Source: Chrysomallon squamiferum
Lineage: Eukaryota; Animalia; Mollusca
Direction: 5' to 3'
Assembly (NCBI GenBank): GCA_012295275.1
Contig: CM022665.1
Coordinates: 36,456,001 to 36,520,000 of the forward strand
DNA length: 64,000 nucleotides
Shown here: piece by piece, positions 34,101-55,068 of the stretch
Numbering within the stretch: position 1 is the stretch's first letter
How the letters are laid out: the number at the start of each line of letters is the position of its first letter
Program-made: the position numbers and the translations under genes
Notes under the pieces: generated by a model
Told to the model about the DNA's origin: nothing
Seen by the model: only the letters and a program-made list of their open reading frames with translations
Database searches by the model: none

Positions 34101-34588
34101 TCATTTTTTTAATATATACTCATTTATTTATTTATTTAGTATTATTATGTTTATAATTATTATTAGTTTTATTAGTGTAATTATTACTATTATGATTATT
34201 TATTTATTCTTATTATAATCATCATCATCATCACTGCTATTAATTTTTTTCATCTTGGGATCAGTTCTAAAAATGTTGCAATGATCCCAACAAAACCCCT
34301 CATTAAAATAAGCTAATTTTATCTGAAATTAGACTTCACAATGATTTTAATAAAATAAACAAAATTTTAACCTGGTTTTGGCAGACTTGTGAAGTACTGT
34401 TTCAGCAGATCTTTGGCTGTGTTATGTAAAATGTTTGGATCAGTTTCATCAAATATTTGCTGTAGACTTTTCTCCCACTTTCTCACCTGTAAGATAGATA
34501 ATAATATGCAACCAATTGTTTGTTTGTTTATACTGGATGTCAGTAAAAAAAATTATATAAAAATAAGTGAGTGTAAATAGCTAAGGAC

Positions 34589-34622
<34 letters not shown>

Positions 34623-35244
34623 AAAAATAAATAAAATTATTAGATTCTTTTAAAAATTCTTATAAAATGCACTTGCTTTAAAAAACTCACAAGGTAACCA
34701 AATACAACAATGAGTCAAAAGTGATAAGAAAAAATTACAATTAAAAAAAAGTTAAATAAAAGTAAAACAAAGTAAAGAAAATTTAATAAAATAAAATAAA
34801 ATTTAATAAAATAAAATGTAAATCAACAAAACCCAAACAAAAATAGTATCTTTAAAAAGTGACAAACAACAAATTATTAATACAATGTATCAAAAGAAAG
34901 AAAGAAAAAGAAAACAAGCAAAAAAAAAAAAATCACCTGAACACTGTGAGCTAATTTAACCTTAGCATCTTTAAATTTGTCCTTCAAATTCTGAAAGATA
35001 ATTTTTCTTTTATTTATTTATTGCTCAAATATATTTAATAATGATTTAAAAAAGAAAAAATTATTCATAATGAAATGATAAAAATTAATTATTCAAAACA
35101 AATTTAGTGATTTTAAGAGTATATTACTTCATGCATTGGTGCATATATAATAACATCTCTTAATATATGTATTCATATATATATATTTTTTAAAATTATT
35201 ATTTTAATTATTATTTTTTTTTTTTTGCTGTTATTATTATTATT

Positions 35245-35277
<33 letters not shown>

Positions 35278-38062
35278 ATTATTTATTTATTTATTTATTT
35301 ATTTAAGTTAAGACACAATAAATTAAGAAGTGTTAAAGAAAACACAACCTCAGATTTTGGCTGTACATCACATTTTTTTAAAACAGATCCAAGTTGTCCA
35401 ACCTTAGCTACTTCTGATGAACCTGAAATTATAGCAATGCTGTAACTGAACCAAATAGTTTTGAACTGAATTTAAATCTGCATCAGTTATGTTTTAATGA
35501 TTACAATCATTAGTTAAAAATAATAATAATTAAAAAAAAAGATTAATACATTTTCAAGATAAACAGATACGTAATAATATATTAAAAAAAATAAAAAAAT
35601 AAAAAGGCTCTACATAAATACACATATAAAATAACATCTTCTCATTTATGTACTGATATAAATACAGACATTATACTGTTTTTAGTGGCATTTTTGTTAT
35701 GAATATCAGGTTTTTGAAAGATAAAAAAATCCCCAAAAATAAATAAATAGCATGTACATATACAGGGACAAATTAAATCATACAGATTAAAATATATTTA
35801 CTAAAATTATTAGTAATTAGAAGTAATATGAATTATTAGTAATTATAATAGTATTATTATATGAATCAGCAGTATTATAATATTATGCTGTGAATTATTA
35901 GTAATTATTGATATTACTTTAAGATTTATTAGTAATTAAAAGTTTTATGACTTATTACTAATTAACAGTATTGTTATATAATTTATACTTATTGGTAGTA
36001 TTGTTATATGAATTATTAGTAATTATAATAGTATTATTAAATAAATTGCTTGTTATTATTATATGGATTATTAGTAATGTATAGTGTTACATGAATTATT
36101 AGTAATTATAATAGTACTGTTATACGAATGCACCAACATACAAATCAACAGTCCTACCTCCATAAGTTAAAGGGACACAAGCAGAAGTAGAAGAGATTTC
36201 TGCATCCAACTCATGGTTTTCTATTCTCCAATCCTGTTGCAAGGGCATGTTGCTCAAAGGATCAAATTTTGATGTTTTTGTATACTCATCTATGACAGGT
36301 GCAGAATATGTGTGAAGTGGCTTACTTCCCTTTACTGAGATAGGTCGATATAGAGGACATAATGTTATTGGACATTCATATTTAAGAGCCAAAGCTTTGT
36401 CTGTGATTTTCACAAATCGAGGAAACTGTTTCCTAGTGATATGTATATTATATGCCTGAAAAGAGAAAATAAAAAAAAAAAAAAAATACAGAAAATTATA
36501 TTTAAAAAATAATAATAACATTTTATGATGATAAATATCTCTCACATATGTCTAAATTAGAAGATAAATAAAGACTTGAAAAGAGATGCATTTACAAAAA
36601 TAATAATAAATATGAAAATGTTCATTTTTTCAAAAGACATTCAGGACAAATGTAGATAAAACTTATACTGCCAGCTGGAAACAAAAGTCAGATATAAATC
36701 TAGAAAAGATTTAATATGAAACAATAAAACAGATAAAATTATATTATAATTATTTGAAAGCAAGAGTAATAACAAACTGACAAACTGTACAGCATTAATA
36801 TTAAGAATAAAAACAAAACAACTGGTGATAATGACAATGAGTCAACAGTAGTAATTAACTGGTTATTTTTAAAATACAAGACAGATTAAATTTATTTAAT
36901 AATGCATAATACTACAGATTCAGAATTTCAACATGATTCTACGAACATCACAATAGACTGAGTATTTTAAAAAGAAATGTCTTTTCAGACTGAATGTACA
37001 GTTATAAACTGTTGTCATGTTTTTGTCTCCTGTGTAAGGTTGAGGAAAATGTATATGAGTATTCTGCATGAATTATTAACTGGTAATAAGTGGGTATAGG
37101 TAGGTATTTGTCTATTAACCAAAACACACTAATATGACATTAGTAACAAATTTAAGCATCAAAAACAAAGTATTTCTAAATATTTGTTGTTGTAATCTCA
37201 TATTCCTCCAATACTCCCATTAAACATAATAAAATGATGAAACACTAATCAGCACACAAATAAATTTCAAGTACACACAAACACACACACTCACTGTCTG
37301 TCTCTCTCTCTGTCACCATGTGCACATCCACATACAAACAAATACCTACATGTACACACAAAAAACACTGTTACTCATGCACAAATTCACACAGATTCAC
37401 TCATGCATGCAGACTCTCATGCACATGCACACTCTCACACACATACACACTCTCTCGCACAGACACACAAACACATAAGCATGTACCTGTGTGTTTGATC
37501 CATCAGCTGAGGTAACTTGCACAGGAATAATGGTGTCACCAAAATTAAGAGCTGATGCTGCTCCTGGTTCTTTGCCTCCAACAACTACAACATTCTTTTT
37601 ATCTGGTGCTGTTGGTGTCAGTGTTACTGTAGTAACATCACATGGTAACAGGCCTAAAAAGATATTTTGATGCAACAATAAAAATTGTAATTTAAAAATT
37701 CATAAACAGAGACGGTCAAAACCTAAGTCTTTAAAAATATAGTAATAAAAAAATTAAAATATTTTTTTTTTCTTTAGAAAAAGGTGTCAGGAGTCTGGGA
37801 TGACAATAAAATTATAAATATTGTAACTGATCAGAAGTGTGCATTTTTAAAAATTATTTTGTTTTTAAAAATTATATTTTGTCTGTCATGAATGCAGTGT
37901 AGTTTAATTTTTATTACCTTAACAATAAAATGCAACAAAATCTTTTTCTAATTAGAATGAAATGGAAAATGTCAGGTGCCATTTGTGTTTGTAAATTTGT
38001 TATTTTCTATCATTCTTTATTATTAAAAACAAACTGGTCACTATAAATTAATAAAATAAACA

Positions 38063-38112
<50 letters not shown>

Positions 38113-38811
38113 TGTGTATTCCAGGTGGTCTGGACAAAACTCTGGCTCAAACTTTCCAGCACTGATAGTCAAAGCAGTGAGAGTAGCATCTTTGGCTGAC
38201 AATCTTTTGACATGAATTATGTAAGATTTTGTTGTTCCATCTTCTGCTGAGACATCAATTTTAACATCAGTGACAACACCTTCAGGTAGAGAAATTTGTT
38301 TACTGCCTCCACTTCCCTGAAATATTTAATTTTTATTTCTAATGAATGGATTAATTAATCATTGTAAATGATACCTTATTAAATTTAATTATTTTTCATG
38401 CAAGTGTTTTACAATATGTATTATTTAACTGGTATTAAATCTGAAAACAAATTAATTAAATATGTTTATGTTATGTGGATCTAAAAGAAAGAATATACAA
38501 TTTTAGCATGTTTAATTAGTTTATATATAGTTTATATCTACATGATTTTATTTTCCAAATTTTAATACATCTAATATCGTAATGTCCATTCCGTATTCGT
38601 TAAAATAAAAAAAAATATACATATAAATTTGTCGCCGATTATAACTTACAACTATTGTATATGACGCTCCAGAATCGCTAGTCAGAGGATCGATATTTAT
38701 TTTAGTTACATCACTTGCAACTGTTACACTGTACTCTAAGGTGTTTTTGTGAAATGCAGGAGTTAAATTTCCTGGTTTAACTGCTAACTTTTCAAGATCA
38801 CAGTCATCCAT
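24765..38811 (-). CDS. Uncharacterised ~1089-aa protein: 2x cadherin-like beta-sandwich, U-box, TPR repeats, RGG/Ala-rich tract, C-terminal TPR
   Basis: 20 phase-consistent GT-AG exons (-): 38811-38650, 38316-38112, 37653-37487, 36455-36158, 35422-35349, 34990-34937, 34486-34372, 33782-33607, 32538-32311, 31491-31283, 30824-30684, 30156-30019, 28753-28537, 28063-27862, 27311-27129, 26815-26742, 26362-26305, 25946-25735, 25398-25182, 24904-24765 (3270 nt). Motifs: LTPAF..NTLEYSVTV..DVTKINI...IDVSAEDGTTKSYIIHVKR and a second similar repeat; U-box-like YECPITLCPLYRP...HTYS...DPLSNMPL; TPR-like ALYNFHVGRMLVVQGNYPEAVARLEIAL. Confidence 0.88.
32120..32277. repeat. Local tandem duplication (~60-nt unit, ~95-nt spacing) in an intron
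   Basis: accagtctgaagcatatactgctatatactgtttgtctatacacacag recurs as accagtctgaagcatagactgttatatactgtttgtctgtacacag. Confidence 0.8.
35805..36122. repeat. AT-rich intronic minisatellite (~30-nt unit)
   Basis: Repeated degenerate atatgaattattagtaattataatagtattatt units. Confidence 0.85.
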
Positions 38812-39814
38812 ATTGAAACCTAGGACGCTTTACATTTTACTGCGGAACTACTATTTATAGATTATAAAATTATGATTATTTTATTTTTAATATTTTCCTT
38901 GATGATGTTACCATATCAGTTGCTTTGACTACATTCAGTCATAGACTTTTATTTTATTCCTCCCCCCATTTTAATTATATTACAATATTATTATTATTGT
39001 CATTTGTTGTTGTATTTTTGAGGGTCTCACAACACAGAAACAAAATGCTTGTTTTTTCATGTCATAGTTTCCAGAGGCGACGGATAATGCACGTATGTAC
39101 GCTTATACAATGCTTCTGTCGTTCGATAAATCGAACTCAAACATATACTTTATATCGACATATAATTAATATCAAATAACTTTGAGGCAGAGTTATAGGA
39201 CTATCTGTCTGGCATGTATTCATTAATCTTCATTTTATACAGTATTAAATTATAATTTTGGGTTTAAACTGAAATATTTTCAGTGAAAATAATATTATTT
39301 ATTTACTTCTGCATATATACAAGGTGATAAACATTAATGAGGTTTCTGAATTTATTATATTTTGTATTATTATAATTTTTATTTGTTTATTTATTTATTT
39401 ATTATTTTATTTTATGTTTTATTATTTATTTATTTATTTATTTATTTACTGATATTATTATTTGTTGGTGGTAGTGGTGGTTTTGGTATAGTCACTGTTA
39501 TATGAACATACATACATATATACATATATATATATACATATATAATCACACACAAACACAAACACAGATATCACAATTTTGAACCTATAGTATGACTGTA
39601 TAGTCTTAAACATTCTCAATTAATTATAATTAAAACCATAACCAGGATGCAGTGCAATGACCAACTGCATTATTACTACTATTGCGCGCGCTATTCTCAG
39701 TTATCTTGCTAGCGTTCTGTATACCCTTGAACCTTGAAAAAATTAACGTGCTAATCAGAGCAAGCTGTTGTGAAGAACGTCTATATACCCAATATAGGCC
39801 CCATTAAATATATA

Positions 39815-40019
39815 CAGGGTGGTCCAAAAGTAGGTGGACAGTATGTGGGTTAAGGTATATTATTAGTGTTATATTATAACAATGTAATTTGTGCTATATT
39901 ATTTAAAATTTTATAACTACAATTATTTAAATTTAAATCTGTTTTCTTTTCAGATAATCTCAGAATAATTTCACAACGTAATCTCAAATTTACTGACCAC
40001 CTATTTTTGGATCACCCTG
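39815..40019. mobile_element. Tc1/mariner-type MITE, 205 bp
   Basis: TA target-site duplication; 29-bp TIRs CAGGGTGGTCCAAAAGTAGGTGGACAGTA / CAGGGTGATCCAAAAATAGGTGGTCAGTA (3 mismatches); AT-rich non-coding interior. Confidence 0.9.
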
Positions 40020-40147
40020 TATATATATATATATAGTCAGTGACTACGTCACACTTTTACATGCCAAGAAACCTCGTCTCTTCGAAAGCTGATGGTCTAA
40101 TTCACATTTTATTGCTGATAAATTGATTGTAATATTGAAATTTATCT

Positions 40148-40650
40148 GTTATAGATTAATTACGAGATATTACACTAAATATTCGACTGCAGAGAAAATG
40201 TCAAATAAGAAAAAAAGAGTCATGCACGGAAATATTTTCGTCCTTCAGAGCTAAAGTGGGGTGTTTCAGCCATTAGAGAGAAGAATCAAACTGAGTCTGA
40301 TACTAAAAGCAATTTGTCTGTATTTATATATAATAAATACTTCGAAACTGAACTGAATATTAATACTGAAATATGCTTATGTTATAGAGAATGTTTGACT
40401 GAAGAGGAGAATGTAAAAAGAAAAGCTGGTTTCGAAACAAAGGTCATGCATGACACGGAAATATTTTTGGTGTTTTTTCGAGTGAACGTGATATAAACAT
40501 TGTGAGGTATGGATACAAAACTAACGGATCGTGATTCTGTGAGTAGAGGGCAGAATCAAACTGAGTCCAATACGGAAAGCACTGGGTCTACAACTGTAGT
40601 GAACTACGTCGAATATATGACTAACGTAATTGGTTCACATTGTGTTACGA
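40148..40650 (+). repeat. Degenerate tandem duplication of the 5' end of the NHR gene
   Basis: gagtcatgcacggaaatattttcg (~40217) recurs as ggtcatgcatgacacggaaatatttttg (~40442); agaatcaaactgagtctgatactaaaagca (40282) recurs as agaatcaaactgagtccaatacggaaagca (40552). Confidence 0.75.
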
Positions 40651-42224
40651 TAAATCAGTCGGACACAAACTCTGGACCGGGGCGAACATTTAACAATTCC
40701 ATATTGGGAAAGAATGTACGTTTAGAGAATGAGAACACTGAAGCGAAGAGAACGGATGGATTTTCTCATGGACTTTGTTTCATCAATGAAGAACTGTCAA
40801 AGAATCGCCCAGTGCATCTAAAAATAACAGAAACGTTCAATGCGAAATACGGAAAATGCACAATGGGTTTTACTGCAGTTGATCCATCAACACTGAGAGC
40901 CGCGCAGATCCTGCAAACCCAGATAAATAAAGCAGTTCCAGAATCTTATAACAGTTTTCTTCAATTTCAGCCTCCCACGGCAAGCTGTTCGTACAAGGGT
41001 GCTGAAATTGCTTTCTGGTATACCAAAGATGGAAATATTGTCTTTAAAACCAGCAGTGGGATAGAACGAAATTATAAAGTGACAGTCACCCAGGGTTCAC
41101 AACTATGGGCTTTCCTTGAACTCAGCGGTCCCATAGAAGGTATAGAAATGATAAGTCACGAGTTACACGATGTCCACGGAACCGGAATTGCAATAACAGA
41201 AGGTGTTGCAAAACATTGTTTTTACCTCAGAAGGGAAACAGTGGGTTTTGTTTGCTTCTCTAAAATGCCTTTGGAACCAGATGAGAGATTCGCGTTTAAA
41301 GTATCGCGTGTCCACACAGCATGGATGGGGAGTATTAGAGTTGGAATCACTGAAATCTCACCTAATCTTCTTCCTGAAAACAGTCTAACCGAATATATCA
41401 CTGATGACGACCCACGCTTCAGAATGATAGAGATCAGTTCACAGAATGCAGGGGACAACAGTGATATTTCCTTAATCCTTGGTGAAGTCGGTGTCGTCAT
41501 ATTAGTCAATGGAACATGTACTGGCATCATTCCACTGGATAATGAAAGGACATTATGGGTAGTAGTCGATCTGTTTGGCAATACAATGGGTGTTAAAATC
41601 GTAAATCACATTAATTTTACAGCAACAATTACTGATTCCAGCAGAAATTCTGCTGAGATGTCATTGATTCTAGAAATGTTCAGCTGGTGGATCAGGTGCG
41701 AGATTCTTGTAAATTTGCTGAAGGAACTGGCTGATGCATCAGTTGCTTCTTGCCAGTGGTCTATAGAAGGAACATGGAACTGTTTTGTGAATACACTGAC
41801 AGAAATTATCCCGGCAGGAGAAAGTTTACAGATGTTTGAAAGTAGCTTGAATCCAGAACGCATTCGCTCGAATTGCCCAACTATATGTGAACGAATAAAG
41901 TCATTTATCGAAGAAACAAATGTTCTGAAACAGTCAGTAATGTCCTATCTTCGATCAGAAACTTCTGCACGCGCTCTGACCGATCTTCTAGGCAAGTTTG
42001 CACAAGACATTCCAGTATTTTCCTTTCAGGCTCCTGCCATTGAACCAGTTCTTCCACCTCCGTCGCCGTTTACGCTGGATCTTTCTATGTTGCCGGTAAA
42101 CGCCAGAAAAATAGAGGAATACAAAACAGAACGTGTTTCAAAATGCCTGCAAAAAGCCGCCCAGAAGATAGAACACGCTGTGCTACCACTGGAAGATCTT
42201 CTGTTCAAGATGTATACCGTTTAG
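40509..42224 (+). CDS. Intronless Neuralized-homology-repeat (NHR x2) protein with an unrecognised helical C-terminus, 571 aa
   Basis: Uninterrupted 1716-nt ORF. NHR1: GKNVRLENENTEAKRTDGFSHGLCF...GKCTMGFTAVDP...LWAFLELSG. NHR2: HDVHGTGIAI...VCFSKMPLEPDERFAFKV...WMGSIRVGITEISP...LWVVVDLFGNTMGV. No RING or SOCS box visible. AATAAA at 42323-42328. Confidence 0.88.
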   Translation: MDTKLTDRDSVSRGQNQTESNTESTGSTTVVNYVEYMTNVIGSHCVTINQSDTNSGPGRTFNNSILGKNVRLENENTEAKRTDGFSHGLCFINEELSKNRPVHLKITETFNAKYGKCTMGFTAVDPSTLRAAQILQTQINKAVPESYNSFLQFQPPTASCSYKGAEIAFWYTKDGNIVFKTSSGIERNYKVTVTQGSQLWAFLELSGPIEGIEMISHELHDVHGTGIAITEGVAKHCFYLRRETVGFVCFSKMPLEPDERFAFKVSRVHTAWMGSIRVGITEISPNLLPENSLTEYITDDDPRFRMIEISSQNAGDNSDISLILGEVGVVILVNGTCTGIIPLDNERTLWVVVDLFGNTMGVKIVNHINFTATITDSSRNSAEMSLILEMFSWWIRCEILVNLLKELADASVASCQWSIEGTWNCFVNTLTEIIPAGESLQMFESSLNPERIRSNCPTICERIKSFIEETNVLKQSVMSYLRSETSARALTDLLGKFAQDIPVFSFQAPAIEPVLPPPSPFTLDLSMLPVNARKIEEYKTERVSKCLQKAAQKIEHAVLPLEDLLFKMYTV

Positions 42225-43030
42225 AACCTGACCTGATCCAGTCATGATCATTCTCAACAGATCTGCAGACTCTTGGAAATTTAATTTCATTTGGATCATT
42301 TCCGTGAACGACACGAATACGCAATAAACATTTTCATGTGACATAAAAGAAGTCAAACAAAAGGAAATAATTATTAATAATTATTATTAAAATGTAATAC
42401 TTAACTAAAGTGAATTATTATCTTATATTAAAGACGGGTGTAGTGGAACAAGTCACCTCTTCATTATAAACGTTTTGCCTGATTAATACAAGTAAGATGT
42501 AATGTATTTCTTTTATTTTTCTTTCATAAGCTGTGCCAGTTAAACTCATAATTATTTTTCTTAAGATATTATTGTCAATGATACTATCCATACCAAAAAT
42601 CAACATTATCACAAAGTTATGTACCAGACAATCAGACAAATAGAACGAAACTTGGTTGCAGGTAAGAGTAAGATTCTACATGTAGAATAGAGAGACAGCT
42701 CGCTCTGATTAACACGTTAAATATTTCTCCGTAGGTGATATTGTAAATTAATGTTCCATTAATGATTGAGAGAAAATTAAATATTAATTAATTAATGAAT
42801 GAATTTATTTATTATAATTGTTGTTGTTGATGTTTTATATTTATTATTATATTGTTAGTGTTGATGATAATGGTTATTTTGTTGTCATAATTTGTCTTTC
42901 ATAAACTATTTTATATTTCATTTTTATTCTTTTTTATTGAATAAAACTATATATTCTGAATACAAATAATGCTTATGTTATCTTTAATAAAAGATTAGAA
43001 ACCTAAATGTTGTATTCATTACAGCAAGAA

Positions 43031-43091
<61 letters not shown>

Positions 43092-43283
43092 AAAGAGATA
43101 AAACAAACATAAATAAATAAAGAGAATTACACACTGTATATTTCTTACGACAATCTACTTTTCTATAACTGGTTCAAGTTATGACTGTAATGGGGTTTTT
43201 TATTTTATAAACTCAGATGGTGACCTGATTAAATTTCTTTATTTCTTTATGCGTTTAAAGTAGTCGTTATAAATTCTATTTAT

Positions 43284-43354
<71 letters not shown>

Positions 43355-43371
43355 TTGCATTATTTTACATC

Positions 43372-43417
<46 letters not shown>

Positions 43418-44346
43418 TTATATCATTTATTCGCACTGCCACAGGTTACGTTTTCACAGTTTGTGTCTGAAAGGACATAATATTTCATGGATATTAATCC
43501 TGTGGTTGATGTCTATTCTGACATTTGAGAATCATGTGCTGTTTAAAATATTTTCATTCATTTTGTGAGTAGAATGCTTCATATCCATTTGTATTATGAA
43601 CTAGTTTACAAGATATGTAAATTTTGTTATTTCATTCTGTGCAAAGAATTCGAAATTCAAAAATTCTAACCGCTAAAATATCGCAAATAATTAAAAAGAA
43701 CCAAAGAAGATAAAACAAATAAAAATAAAAATAAAAGAAAGTTAGAAAAGACATAAAAGAAAAAAAAAAGAAAACGAAAAGAAAAGAAATATTTTTAATT
43801 ACATAAACAAATAGACCCACATCTCTGTCTTTTTCATATTTATTAATTTATTTATTTACTTTTGCATTTAATACTGTACCGTGTTTACTCTATGGTAATT
43901 GCACTTTTCCATGCCTCTGTGAACTTCCGAGTTTATTTTACCAATTTTATGTTAATAGAACCTATGTATCTACCTCATCATCTGACCGAGATGCATGTGG
44001 TTCATAACTTATTTTTGTCAATAAATATGCTTTTACAGTCTGGCAATCTCTTTTGTGCAAGTATATATACACTGTACATTTCATAATAAATAACCTCTTA
44101 CTAATTTTCAAGACATGCTGGACATTTACACCAGCAAACACTAAACACTTAAATGTGGAAAGGTAAAAGATATGAGAATGACGGACAAACAAACTAGGTC
44201 ATTCTTCAAACTGATATTTATTTGTCCAAGCATTGACTGTTAAACTTCATTTTCTTCAATAGTGTTCTTTTTTTCTTCTTCTTCTTTTTTATATCTATAT
44301 CTATCTATCTATATATATATATATATATATATTTTAAGTCTTTTTT

Positions 44347-52726
<8,380 letters not shown>

Positions 52727-53050
52727 TGATTAAAAGGATGTGTTCTAAATGGATATTTAACATAGACTTGTATAAATTGATGACTGAATAACAGCGGAAA
52801 GGAAGGAAGGAAGGAAGGACGAAGAGAGAAAGACAGTGAGACAGAGATAAAAAATAGAGACAGAAACGGAAAAAGAAAAGATATAGCATACTATAGTAAT
52901 TTCTATAGTAATCATCCACTATTTCATTGAATTAATTACTGTATTTTCAGCTTGTCAAATTATTTAGATACTAATCTGACTTGTTTGGTAAAGATCAGTT
53001 CCAGTTCCAGTGGATATAAGTTGTCATTACTTTATAATCTTTTATATATA

Positions 53051-53085
<35 letters not shown>

Positions 53086-55068
53086 ACAGATATATATATA
53101 TACATATAAAGTCACACACACATACACAAACAAACAAGAGCCTTTGATAATATTTTAAATAAAAGACAGAAGCTTTTTCACTGATAGCTAGCTAGAACAT
53201 CAAATATATGTACGGTAACAGCTATTAAAACAAATGTTCAAATCGGAAACTTCATATATACTGGAAAATAATTTACTTACCCTGATGGCAAAGTGACATT
53301 TAACTCATAAAACAGGAAGCAAACTGAAACAGCAACAGCTAAAACTCACCAGAAGGGTAGTATTTAAAGCTCGTCAAAACCAAACTTACGTTTTCAGAAT
53401 TCCACGCCACCTGAACAGCGCCCTCAGTGAGTGTACTGAAATCCAGTGTAATCGAATCAATAACGGCAGAAAAACGTGCGATTTAACAGCTGCTGGTGTT
53501 AAACATTTCTGCAGATAAATGCAGTTATTAAACAAGTAGTTCACGTTCCCATACATAAAATCACCGACCTGCTAATTAGAGCAGAACCTGGTTTACAATA
53601 ATTATTCAGTAATGGATTTTGACTTGGAGACTATGTATTGTACATGGATATGAGTCTTAAACCTCCCTGCCACCGGCATAAAAGATGAGTGCGAACAAAA
53701 TAAACTTGTAGATTATTAGTGATGTGTGTGTGTGTGTGTGTGTTAGCCGAATTTCGCTAGATTCGAGAATGTTTGTGTATTTTTCAGATTTTGTCCGGAT
53801 TTTCCGAAATCTGTCAAACAGTGATTCATTAAATGGACGGTCAAATGTATTTGGATTATTGGCCTTAGTATTCCTTTGAATTTAATAGAAACGTATTTTT
53901 CTTGTGCTGTTAAATCCATACATAATATATGCTTATTGGTTATACTGGCTACTTAATTTTCTGTCAGGAGTCTCGCTAACTCATAACCTGTTATGTGAAT
54001 CTGAGTGTATTAAAGAAACAAACAACAACAACAATAAAACCTGTTTCTTTGTCTGGTTTTAATAATTATCATTATTTCCCATTACAGTTTTGTGCAAACA
54101 GAATATTATTTATTATTCGGGAACACTCTGCATTCATGTGTTCATACGTAATCAGTTTTGATTGGCCATTGCTGTATACTTTGTTAGCTATCTCTGACGT
54201 TGGTTGATAAAGTCGATCCATTGCAGATATTATAATTTCGCTGCATTGTCTCAATAATTGCAAACAGTATTATTATTTCAATTCATAAAGTCGATAGTGT
54301 ATCTTTATTTGCAATACAACAGTGTCAGTTGAGTTTAAAGAATCAGAATATTTCTAATCAGATTTAGAAATTACAGCGTTCAAGGTTTTTATTTGCTTTG
54401 TTTGTTTTGTTTTTTTTAATATTTATTTTTATTTATTTATTTATTTATTTGGTAATCTGAATCAAAAACGACAAAAATAACAATAGAATGAACTAAAATA
54501 AATATTTCAGTAAGCACGCTAATAAATAAATAAATAAATATTGTTATGATTTGAAGATCAAGAAAGTAAATTTTAAACCTCCTGTTAACTTAGGTTTTTC
54601 TTAATTTTTAATATATATATTTTTTTTACCAATTATTTATAAATTTCAAGTCAGGTTATTATTACATTTATTAATTTCAAGTAGTGCTAATATTTATTTG
54701 TAACTGAAATGCATTAAAATTATTCTTTTCAGTTCGTGAAAAAGTATTTTGTCTCTTGTGTTTTTAAACATCAACTTGAAATCCGACAACCGATATTTTG
54801 TTTATGCTGGCTGTTTTAAAACATTAATTTATATCTTGTCTTCCACAGAAAAAGTTATTAATATTATTAATAATAATAGCAAAGCAATTGCAATTCTGAA
54901 AATAACTTTGTTACATTTCGACGTCTAACGTAGTACAATGTAATATATCATTTCCATTCACAGCCAATGTCCTATTTGTAATGATGACTTCGTGAGATTT
55001 ATTTTAAATCAGGTTACAATATTATCTGCGTATATAAAGTTTGTCTTTCCTTTTCCTCTTTCTTAAAG

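Larger units (their letters stand above)
39743..42720. mobile_element. Putative TTAA-flanked inverted-repeat cassette enclosing the NHR gene
   Basis: TTAACGTGCTAATCAGAGCAAGCTGT (39743-39768) versus the reverse complement of 42695-42720, TTAACGTGTTAATCAGAGCGAGCTGT: 24/26 identical, with TTAA at both outer ends. No transposase seen inside. Confidence 0.35.

Noticed and set aside
42225-42345. Stop-codon readthrough or extension of the NHR ORF
   Set aside because: Further in-frame stops follow within a few codons, there is no readthrough context, and AATAAA lies at 42323.
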